Positions 1 through 7,280 of a stretch of DNA of 22,939 bases are shown piece by piece (within the stretch, counting starts at the first letter, position 1; each line of letters begins with the position of its first letter). The position numbers and the translations under genes were made by a program. Under the pieces are notes generated by a model. That model was not told the origin of the DNA and ran no database searches. It worked only from the letters and a program-made list of their open reading frames with translations. Source of the stretch: an uncultured Bacteriovoracaceae bacterium (GTDB lineage: Bacteria > Bdellovibrionota > Bacteriovoracia > Bacteriovoracales > Bacteriovoracaceae); contig CAXGUD010000055.1 in NCBI GenBank assembly GCA_964012805.1, positions 1-22,939 on the forward strand. Direction: 5' to 3'.

Positions 1-2
1 TT

Positions 3-1127
3 AGGAATTACCTCACTGATATTTTGCTGAGTTTTATCCAAAAACACTCCATTGTATTAACAGAATTAAACAAACAAAAACTCCTCTTTCCTTTAAGCTT
101 TGTTGTCTTTTTCGGAATCATTATTACGGGAATTGGAGTCCTAGATTTCTCTGAAAAGACAGAATCTATTCTCCTAAGAGGTTCTTATGTGGCCTTTACC
201 CTCGGTATAGTCACTTTTTTCTTTCATATTGTTGATGTTATTAGCCTTTACATGGAAAGATGGGCCCTAAAAACAGAAAATAAATTCGATGATATTCTCG
301 TTCCTCTTATAAGAAAAACAACTCGGTTCCTTGTTGTAGTCATTGGTATTGTTCTCATTGGAAACAGTCTTACCATTGATATGAAAAGCATTATTGCAGG
401 TCTTGGAATTGGTGGTATTGCTTTTGCTCTTGCCGCTAAAGACACGCTCTCTAATATTTTTGGTTCACTTACAGTTTTAGTCGATAGACCTTTTCACATC
501 GGAGATTGGGTCGTTATAGGTGGAGAAACAGAAGGTAATGTTGAAGACGTAGGCCTCCGCTCCACACGAATAAGAACTTTTTATGATTCAATCATTACAG
601 TCCCAAATGGGCAACTCACAAACGTTGTTATTGATAATTTCGGACAGAGAAAATACCGACGTTACAGGACAAAAGTTTCTGTTGAGTATTCAACTCCTCC
701 TGAAAAGCTTGAAGCATTCTGTGAAGGTATAAGGCAACTTATTATAAAGCACAAATGGACCAGAAAAGACTATTTTCATGTCTACTTAAATGAGTTAGGG
801 GCAAGTTCATTAGATATTCTTGTTTATGTTTTCTGGTTAGTTCCAGATTGGTCAACTGAGCTTCAAGAGAGGCACCGACTTTTACTTGATATCCTCCGTT
901 TAGGAAAAGAGATGGATATTGAATTTGCCTTCCCAACGCAAACCCTCCACCTTTTCAACGAAGAAAAAAAGGACACAAATATCGATGCTTCTCTAAAAGA
1001 AGACATCCCTCCCCACCTCTATGGACTCTCAAAGGCAAGTAATATTACCGCGAAACCTCTTACAACAAGTGGCCCAAGAAGCGGAAATATAAATGAAAAA
1101 GTTGAAAAAGAGGAAATATCTCTTTAA
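3..1127 (+). CDS. mscS: MscS-family small-conductance mechanosensitive channel (5'-truncated)
   Basis: TM3 motif GLGIGGIAFALAAKDTLSNIFG, then RPFHIGDWV..EGNVEDVGLRSTRIRT..ITVPN and a C-terminal IEFAFPTQ. The frame is open from position 3, so the TTG at 24 is probably not the true start. Confidence 0.95.
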   Translation, partial: RNYLTDILLSFIQKHSIVLTELNKQKLLFPLSFVVFFGIIITGIGVLDFSEKTESILLRGSYVAFTLGIVTFFFHIVDVISLYMERWALKTENKFDDILVPLIRKTTRFLVVVIGIVLIGNSLTIDMKSIIAGLGIGGIAFALAAKDTLSNIFGSLTVLVDRPFHIGDWVVIGGETEGNVEDVGLRSTRIRTFYDSIITVPNGQLTNVVIDNFGQRKYRRYRTKVSVEYSTPPEKLEAFCEGIRQLIIKHKWTRKDYFHVYLNELGASSLDILVYVFWLVPDWSTELQERHRLLLDILRLGKEMDIEFAFPTQTLHLFNEEKKDTNIDASLKEDIPPHLYGLSKASNITAKPLTTSGPRSGNINEKVEKEEISL

Positions 1128-1158
1128 AAAAGCTAAATAATTATTATTAAGCTTCATG

Positions 1159-1186
1159 AAAAAGGCTTCATCTTATTGATAAAGCC
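1159..1186 (-). terminator. Intrinsic terminator, minus-strand polarity
   Basis: The minus strand reads GGCTTTATC-AATAA-GATGAAGCC-TTTTT: a 9-bp stem with one G-U followed by a U-tract. On the plus strand the same stem has a C-A mismatch and no U-tract. Confidence 0.55.
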
Positions 1187-1371
1187 ACTTAAATAAAAAA
1201 CATTAAATGTTAAGAAAATGCCTATAATTTGTGGAGGCAAGTATTAAGAATTCTTCACTCTCCCAAAGCATTTCTTAAGTATAAATGCCTAACCTACCTT
1301 AAACACGTACTTTATATAAATTTTTTTTATTTATAGTGGAAAACCTCGATCATGATAATCGATTCCGTTTT

Positions 1372-1564
1372 AAAATTAAATCAAGGTTACGTAGGAGGAG
1401 TTCTAAAGCGGTTTTAAATAGTGAGAGAGTTAAGGTTTATGTGAGCGAAGTTAGAGCGATTGTTGGAATAAGTTGAAGTGAAGGTGAAGGTGAAAGCTAA
1501 AGCTAAATTTAACATAAAAGTAAAAGTTATTAAAATGCTCCTCACGTATCCTTAACTCAAACTT
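1372..1564 (-). ncRNA. Candidate structured RNA closed by long-range inverted repeats
   Basis: 1538-1560 pairs with 1376-1400 (minus strand TTGAGTTAAGGATACGTGAGGAG / CTCCTCCTACGTAACCTTGATTTAA, with three G-U pairs, one mismatch and a 2-nt bulge). There are also inner stems TTTTAATA/TATTTAAAA and TTTATGT/ACATAAA. Confidence 0.35.
1414..1545 (-). CDS. Possible 43-aa peptide (GTG start; 33 aa from ATG at 1515)
   Basis: Manual translation MRSILITFTFMLNLALAFTFTFTSTYSNNRSNFAHINLNSLTI. SD spacing is non-ideal for both starts and the sequence is low complexity. Confidence 0.2.
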   Translation of the reverse strand: MRSILITFTFMLNLALAFTFTFTSTYSNNRSNFAHINLNSLTI

Positions 1565-1773
1565 GTTCACCACAAAAAAATCCCTGAAACAAATTAAAAT
1601 AAAGGAAAGCTTAAATTTCAAAAAGTTCTCAACAAAGAGCTTGAAAAAAGTGTCTTAAAGCCAATTCACTTTCCAAAAAACCTGGTACACCTAGATCTAC
1701 ACTCTATAGCTGGCTATCCGGGTCTTATCCTGACTCAAGAACTATTTAATCCGTAAAAACACTTGCAGATTTT

Positions 1774-1791
1774 TTCAAGATAAGTCTTGAA
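1774..1791. promoter_or_regulatory. 7-4-7 inverted repeat, possible transcription-factor site
   Basis: TTCAAGA-taag-TCTTGAA in intergenic DNA ~200 bp upstream of the lipoprotein gene. Confidence 0.25.
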
Positions 1792-1991
1792 TACCTACTC
1801 TTTGAGGAAAGTGGGAAAAGTGTATCCTCTATACAGAGCAAAAGTCTCTGCTACTAAGAAAAACAATCTGGAAGATATAGTTCCTTCAAAATAGTTAATA
1901 TTTTTACCACAAAAATTTTTCTAGGTCCTAAGTCTCTCTTATAATGGAAAATAATGGATATGATAGAAGCATGATTTCAAAAGGGAAAAAA

Positions 1992-2561
1992 ATGTCCAAA
2001 ATTTCTATTAAGAGTTCTTTAATTTTAACCTTTCTTTGTCTTTTTCTTTTTTCGTGTTCAAGAGTTCCAAATAAGTCTCCAGAATCGATTATAGGAAAGC
2101 CTTTTCCTATTCTCAAAGGAAAATCTTTATCACAAAAAAAGTGGACCCTACCAAACGACTTAAAAGGACAAAATACTATTCTTCTAACGGGGTATGTTCA
2201 AGGAGCACAATTTGATATTGACCGATGGCTCATTGGTTTATCCATGGCAAAAGTCAAAACTCCTGTTTTCGAAGTTCCCGCTGTAAAAGGCTTTTTGATT
2301 GGCCTTTTCAAGGAAAGGCTCGATCAAAGCATGAGAAATGGTATTCCGAGTGAAATTTGGAAAGCAGTCGTGACAGTTTATGGAGACAGCGAAAAACTTA
2401 TTAATTTCACAGGCAGCCAGAAGCCAAGGAACAGCCGCGTCTTTGTACTTGATAAGAAAGGAGAAGTAATCTATTTTCATGACCGAGGGTTTTCAGTGAA
2501 TAACTTAGAGAGGTTATTAAAAGTTCTCCCTGCTAAGGACTATGGAGCTTGTTTTAGGTAG
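1992..2561 (+). CDS. Lipoprotein with thioredoxin-like fold lacking CxxC (ATP10/YtfJ-like)
   Basis: From ATG 1992 (AAGGGA upstream): basic N-terminus, hydrophobic stretch and lipobox FLFS-C. PFPILKGKSL..LPNDLKG and RVFVLDKKGEVIYFHD are redoxin-fold patterns. The track start at 1944 is probably too early. Confidence 0.7.
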   Translation: MSKISIKSSLILTFLCLFLFSCSRVPNKSPESIIGKPFPILKGKSLSQKKWTLPNDLKGQNTILLTGYVQGAQFDIDRWLIGLSMAKVKTPVFEVPAVKGFLIGLFKERLDQSMRNGIPSEIWKAVVTVYGDSEKLINFTGSQKPRNSRVFVLDKKGEVIYFHDRGFSVNNLERLLKVLPAKDYGACFR

Positions 2562-2982
2562 TCACATTTAGATCATTTGCATCAATGCCAAGAGTTTTAA
2601 TAACTTTTTCTCTAAATGATTCTTCATCAAAAGGCTTTACGAGGAAGTGCTTGGCGCCATATTGCATCGCTTTAGTAATAGACTTTTTCTCAAAAGCACC
2701 ACTTACCATGATAACATCCTTAATTTCATTTCCTTCGTGATCAGCAATATATTTAAGGACATCTAAACCGCTTCTTCTGGGAATATTAAGGTCAATGAGG
2801 ATAAGGGAAAATGTCTGGTTGGCCAGCTTATTAATTGCAGTCGTACCATCATAGGAATGAATGATATTTCTAAAACAATCCATATTGTTTAGATACATTT
2901 CTAATGTTTCCGAAACATCAGTCTCATCTTCAATAACCATGACATCTTTTATTTCTTCAAGAGGTCTTTTTTCTTCCGACAT
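2554..2982 (-). CDS. Single-domain response regulator (CheY-like receiver)
   Basis: VMVIEDE acidic pocket, LILIDLNIP phospho-acceptor Asp, GLDVL, VIMVS and FLVKPF. AAGGAG SD. Its 3' end overlaps the lipoprotein gene by 8 nt. Confidence 0.93.
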   Translation of the reverse strand: MSEEKRPLEEIKDVMVIEDETDVSETLEMYLNNMDCFRNIIHSYDGTTAINKLANQTFSLILIDLNIPRRSGLDVLKYIADHEGNEIKDVIMVSGAFEKKSITKAMQYGAKHFLVKPFDEESFREKVIKTLGIDANDLNVTT

Positions 2983-3044
2983 GATAAATCTCCTTCGTCC
3001 TTAATAGTAATTTATCACAAAATTTTTTCTCGCCCAAAAAAAAT

Positions 3045-4472
3045 TTAAGACTGAATTCCAAAAAGAGATTTCTCTTTCACAGTTTTTGCGACAATTTCCG
3101 GAACATCCTTTTCCCAACCTTCCTCACCATTTTGAATTTTTCTCAAAACAGTTCGAGACCAAATTCCTGTAACACCTTTTTTAAAGTCTTTGATGTCTTT
3201 GATCAGGTTATTTTTTTTAAAAAATTGCATTATTGGCTTAATTGATTCTTTTATTGCTATATTGCTGGAAGTTTTAAGGGACTCCATCTCCCCTTTTCCT
3301 TGATCTTCTTCAGAAGCCGGATACACATAAAGCCTCGTATTTTGGCCCATTAGAGAACCTAAAGCACCCAAGAGCCCTGTTTGATTTTTAGCATATTTAT
3401 TCGGATCAAGAATATCTTCTAAATTATAAACCCCAAGAACAATAGCAATTTTTTTCTTTGTATAACCTGAAAGGTAAGAGCTTAAATGATGAAATGATTC
3501 GTGATTTGTTATAAGAACTCCTTGATCCAAGGAAGCAAGAAGCTCTACTCTTGCAAGAAAATCTTCATTATTGAAACTTCCTCTCTCTAAAAATTTGGTC
3601 ATACTTATTTCAGGCAAGACAACAATAGAGTTCTTTTCACTATCAGGTAACTCTTGGGAGAAGTTCTTAAGACCTGTTTCAAGCATATCAATATTAACAA
3701 GAGTTGGCGGTCTATAGCTCCCCCTACAAATAAGAATATTCTTTTTATATAAAGTATCACTTACTTGAAGAACTTTCCCTTTGGAGTCAAACATAACTCC
3801 ATCAGTGAATCCTCGCTTAACAAGCTCCAAACTCCAAACACGACTATCTTCGCCCTTAAAAGCCGGTCCTTCTATGCGAATCATATCTATCTCAATACGG
3901 TCTCTTGAAAGACCCTCCATTAAGGCCTTAACAAAAGTTTCGTGATCATGACAAAAGTTAAAGCATGCGTGAATGAGGTTAACTCCCACCTGGCCCACAG
4001 TTTCTTGCTGTTGTAGGTTTTCTCTATCAAACATTTTAATATGGATAATAGCATCACTTGGTGGGGCTTTGGGATAAGCTTGAAAACGGACTCCAAGCCA
4101 TCCATGACCGTCGCTTGTTCCTTTAAAAGCTTTGGCAGCAACCGTATTTGAAAAAGCAAAAAAACAGGTATCATCAGGCCTTGTGCTCGCTAGCCTCTTA
4201 ACAATTAAATTGAATTCTCGAGTCAACATTTTGAGAAGTCTAGGCTCGCAAACATAGCGGTTTGACTCCTCCTTACCATAGATAGCATCACTCATGGCCA
4301 TGTCGTAAGCAGAAATAGTCTTTGCAATTGTTCCTGCAGCTCCTCCCGCTTGAAAGAAATGCCTTGCCGTTTCTTGTCCGGCTCCTATTTCCGCAAAAGC
4401 ACCGTAAATCCTGGGGTCAAGATTTATTTCGAGTGCCTTTTGCTTACTACTGAGTGTCTGGGAAAAAATCAT
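3045..4472 (-). CDS. Conserved protein often annotated nicotinate-nucleotide adenylyltransferase-like (CinA-like N-terminus plus nucleotidyltransferase-like C-terminus)
   Basis: Family signature IYGAFAEIGAGQETARHFFQAGGAAGTIAKTISAYD. GSYRPPTLVNIDM and IWSRTVL resemble degenerate GSFxPxHxGH and ISST motifs. GAGG lies 5 nt before ATG 4472. Confidence 0.7.
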   Translation of the reverse strand: MIFSQTLSSKQKALEINLDPRIYGAFAEIGAGQETARHFFQAGGAAGTIAKTISAYDMAMSDAIYGKEESNRYVCEPRLLKMLTREFNLIVKRLASTRPDDTCFFAFSNTVAAKAFKGTSDGHGWLGVRFQAYPKAPPSDAIIHIKMFDRENLQQQETVGQVGVNLIHACFNFCHDHETFVKALMEGLSRDRIEIDMIRIEGPAFKGEDSRVWSLELVKRGFTDGVMFDSKGKVLQVSDTLYKKNILICRGSYRPPTLVNIDMLETGLKNFSQELPDSEKNSIVVLPEISMTKFLERGSFNNEDFLARVELLASLDQGVLITNHESFHHLSSYLSGYTKKKIAIVLGVYNLEDILDPNKYAKNQTGLLGALGSLMGQNTRLYVYPASEEDQGKGEMESLKTSSNIAIKESIKPIMQFFKKNNLIKDIKDFKKGVTGIWSRTVLRKIQNGEEGWEKDVPEIVAKTVKEKSLFGIQS

Positions 4473-4701
4473 CAAAACCTCAAATCTATACTAAATAAAA
4501 TTTATGAACCCCACCCTTGCTTCGATTTTAGCTGTTGTAAGGAGTTCGGGAAACCGAGAAAAAAAAACTGCTCCTCTATACCCTTGAAATTTTTAGATCT
4601 TATAAAAATATCAAAAAAACCTCTAACAAAACTCAGGTTTTTAACGAAAAGTTGAGTATGAGTATATAGAACAAAAAACTAAAGATTCAAAGGGAGTTTT
4701 T

Positions 4702-4869
4702 ATGCTCTTACCCTGGCCATCTTACTTCTTTCTTTTCTTTTTCCTTCTTACGTTAGGACTAGGATTAAAAGGCCTCAATAAAGCCTACTCGGAAAGAAAA
4801 AAGGTATTGCTGAAGCACCCCATGAGAAGGAGAAGGCTCTCTCAAAGGGGTTTGATAAAAACAGTTTAA
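4702..4869 (+). CDS. Small membrane protein, 55 aa (not in the ORF track)
   Basis: AGGGAG SD 5 nt before ATG. Translation MLLPWPSYFFLFFFLLTLGLGLKGLNKAYSERKKVLLKHPMRRRRLSQRGLIKTV: a hydrophobic N-terminal segment then a very basic tail. It fills an otherwise empty gap. Confidence 0.6.
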   Translation: MLLPWPSYFFLFFFLLTLGLGLKGLNKAYSERKKVLLKHPMRRRRLSQRGLIKTV

Positions 4870-4940
4870 TTCTTGTGAAGGATGCTCCAAGGGAAAATAG
4901 CTTAGCATCAAGCATAATCAAGCCTAACCCTTGGAAAAGC

Positions 4941-5933
4941 CTACGAATTTAGTGAGTTTAAAAGCCTGGCCATATCTTTGGCAAAATAAGTAAGGATCAT
5001 GTCCGCACCGGCCCTCTTAAAAGCAGTTAAAGACTCAACCATTACCTTTTCACCCTCTAACCAACCCTTTTCAGAGGCAGCTTTAATCATAGAATACTCG
5101 CCACTCACATTGTAAGCAGCAATAGGCAGATGACTTACCTGCTTCAACTTTGCTATTACATCAAGATAGGGAAGACCTGGCTTAACCATTAAAATATCCG
5201 CTCCCTCTTCTTGATCAAAAAAGGCTTCTTTTTCAGCCTCTTTTGAGTTTGAGAAGTCCATTTGATAGGTCTTTTTATCACCAGATTTCGGAGCAGAATC
5301 CAAAGCCTCTCTGAAGGGTCCATAGAAACTTGAAGCGTATTTAGCCGTATAGGACATTATTGATGTTTGAGAGTAACCTTCTTCATCTAAGGCGTTCCTA
5401 ATCGCTCTTACACGACCATCCATCATATCGCTTGGGCCAACGATATCACTCCCTGCTTTTGCCTGGCTTACAGCCATCTTTGCTAAAATATCTAAACTTT
5501 CATCATTTAAAATCTCTCCAGTCTTGGGATCCACAAGTCCATCATGCCCATCACTAGAATATGGGTCTAAAGCTACATCGGTCATAACGAGCATCTCAGG
5601 AAGGGCCTCTTTAAGAGAACGTATCGTTTGTTGATAGAGGCCATCAGGATTCGTTGACTCGGTTCCTCTAGAGTCTTTTATATCATCGGAAAGAGCGGGA
5701 AAAAGAGAAACGCATGGAACACCTAACTTCCAAAGCTCTCGAGCTTCCTCTACTATGAGGTCTCGACTCAAGCGAGCGTAACCAGGCATTGAAGCTATTT
5801 CTTCACGCTGGCCCTTTCCCTCAATAACAAAGAGAGGGGCGATAAGATCATTAGGCTCTACAGTATGCTCCCTCACGAGTGAGCGCATAGCTTTATTTTT
5901 TCTATTCCTGCGGGGACGGTGGTAAAGTGTCAT
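4941..5933 (-). CDS. hemB: Porphobilinogen synthase (delta-aminolevulinate dehydratase), Asp-rich non-zinc type
   Basis: RPRRNR, DVALDPYSSDGHDG, PSDMMDGRV, SYTAKYASSFYGPFREA, GADILMVKPG and AYNVSGEY. Confidence 0.99.
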   Translation of the reverse strand: MTLYHRPRRNRKNKAMRSLVREHTVEPNDLIAPLFVIEGKGQREEIASMPGYARLSRDLIVEEARELWKLGVPCVSLFPALSDDIKDSRGTESTNPDGLYQQTIRSLKEALPEMLVMTDVALDPYSSDGHDGLVDPKTGEILNDESLDILAKMAVSQAKAGSDIVGPSDMMDGRVRAIRNALDEEGYSQTSIMSYTAKYASSFYGPFREALDSAPKSGDKKTYQMDFSNSKEAEKEAFFDQEEGADILMVKPGLPYLDVIAKLKQVSHLPIAAYNVSGEYSMIKAASEKGWLEGEKVMVESLTAFKRAGADMILTYFAKDMARLLNSLNS

Positions 5934-6003
5934 GAGCTCGTTTCCTTTTTTAAAATCTATTTTCTAAATCTACTTGATCAAAACAATCAAAAACTTCCGA
6001 TGA

Positions 6004-6423
6004 CTAAGACTGACTTTTAAAAACAATCGCGTAGAGAGAAATCTGCTTTAACATTTGAGAAAGGCCATTTGAGCGGCTCATTGAAAGGTGTTCTCTAAGC
6101 CCGATATCGTCTAAAAAGTCTGGTCTTGTGGCCAATATTTCGTCTGGAGTACTGTCAGAATATATATGTAAAAGTAAGGCAACAATCCCTTTAACAATTG
6201 CAGCGTCAGAGTCTCCTTGAAGAAAAACCTTACCTTCGCTTAACTCGGCATGAAACCAAACTTTTGATTGACACCCCTTGACAAGGTTTTTTTCTACTTT
6301 ATGGGACCCTTCCATCTCAGGGAGGACCTTTCCCTTTTGAATAATGTGCTTATAGCGGTCTTCCCAATCCGTTAATTTCTCAAACTCTTCAACAAGATTA
6401 TTTACGCGTTTTTTTATACTCAT
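6004..6423 (-). CDS. sufE: SufE-family Fe-S sulfur acceptor
   Basis: WEDRYKHIIQKG, VKGCQSKVW, DSDAAIVKG and LSMSRSNGL. Confidence 0.95.
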   Translation of the reverse strand: MSIKKRVNNLVEEFEKLTDWEDRYKHIIQKGKVLPEMEGSHKVEKNLVKGCQSKVWFHAELSEGKVFLQGDSDAAIVKGIVALLLHIYSDSTPDEILATRPDFLDDIGLREHLSMSRSNGLSQMLKQISLYAIVFKSQS

Positions 6424-6435
6424 AAAGAACTCTTC

Positions 6436-6460
6436 TAAATCGATTTAAAGGATCCTTTAA
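6436..6460. promoter_or_regulatory. Two overlapping perfect palindromes upstream of sufE
   Basis: TAAATCGATTTA (6436-6447) and TTAAAGGATCCTTTAA (6445-6460), 13-37 bp upstream of the sufE start. Confidence 0.35.
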
Positions 6461-6518
6461 TCCTTGTGATATTGCTATACTTAACTGGCCCTTGTAGTTA
6501 ACACACTATGCACATAAT

Positions 6519-6550
6519 GACCCCCCTTTTTTCAAAAAAAGGGTCTTTTT
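6519..6550. terminator. Probable terminator hairpin downstream of the coiled-coil gene
   Basis: GACCCCCCTTTTTT-C-AAAAAAAGGGTC followed by TTTTT. It pairs more fully on the minus strand via G-U. Confidence 0.5.
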
Positions 6551-6596
6551 AGGGTAAATGAAAGGTAGAATTAAGGGTTTTCAAGGAAAAAAAGAA

Positions 6597-7157
6597 TTAG
6601 TCGACCCTTTCTTTAAGACTTCGAATCTCCTCTTGATGGCCTTCTTTTAGCTTTGAAATTTTATTTTCGTAATATTTTTCTAAATTTTCCTTGTCTTCCT
6701 CTAGGCGAAGCTCAAGGTCGTTCATTTTCTCCCTAGTCCTTTCAATGAAGTCACTCATCTCACGCTCTCTAAGTTGGCTTTTTCGGAGGTAATTGTCTCT
6801 TAAAAGATCCATTTCATCCTTAAAGGCAAGTTTGGCCCTCCTCTTTTCTTCTGTAAATTTCTCCCTCTGCTCTTCCATATCCTTATTCTTGGAATCTCTC
6901 GTCTTCATTAGCTCGTCTCGTGTTTTTTGAGTCACGCTTTCTATTTTTGTCTCATAATTTTTCACCAATTCTTCCATTTGCCTGGTACTTTCTCGGTTCC
7001 TAATTTTTAAGATATCTTCACGGCTCTTTTTCATATCATCAATTTGTTGACTAAAACCCTTTTTCATTACCCTTATCTGATTTTGATTTTTTTTCCGCTG
7101 ATCACTTAGTTGCTTAATATATTCCCTTCTTACAGTTTCACTTCTTGAAAGCTTCAT
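6597..7157 (-). CDS. Hypothetical charged coiled-coil protein
   Basis: 186 aa, very rich in E/K/R/M, no Pro or Cys. GAGG upstream. Confidence 0.8.
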   Translation of the reverse strand: MKLSRSETVRREYIKQLSDQRKKNQNQIRVMKKGFSQQIDDMKKSREDILKIRNRESTRQMEELVKNYETKIESVTQKTRDELMKTRDSKNKDMEEQREKFTEEKRRAKLAFKDEMDLLRDNYLRKSQLREREMSDFIERTREKMNDLELRLEEDKENLEKYYENKISKLKEGHQEEIRSLKERVD

Positions 7158-7280
7158 CCTAAAACCCTCATTATTGTTTTAAGTCTTGGGGACCAAGCCC
7201 CTGTGCTTATAATAACCCATAGCACAATATAAATATTTGACTGGAGGACTTTTCCCCTCAAAAGAAGACTGGGAATCTCT

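Noticed and set aside
1372..1564. Retron msr-msd or MITE interpretation of the inverted repeats
   Set aside because: There is no adjacent reverse transcriptase or transposase, no target-site duplication and no second copy in the window.
1804..1823. GAGGAAAGTGGGAAAAGTGT resembling the RNase P motif or MraZ boxes
   Set aside because: It lacks GAGGAAAGTCC and the rest of the RNase P structure. There are only two AAAGTG copies at 9-nt spacing, and no mraZ is nearby.
4350..4655. 101-aa plus-strand ORF and other short track ORFs (e.g. 248-445, 7933-8160, 8073-8273, 11828-12121)
   Set aside because: They overlap well-supported genes or promoter regions and show no convincing SD or protein-like features.
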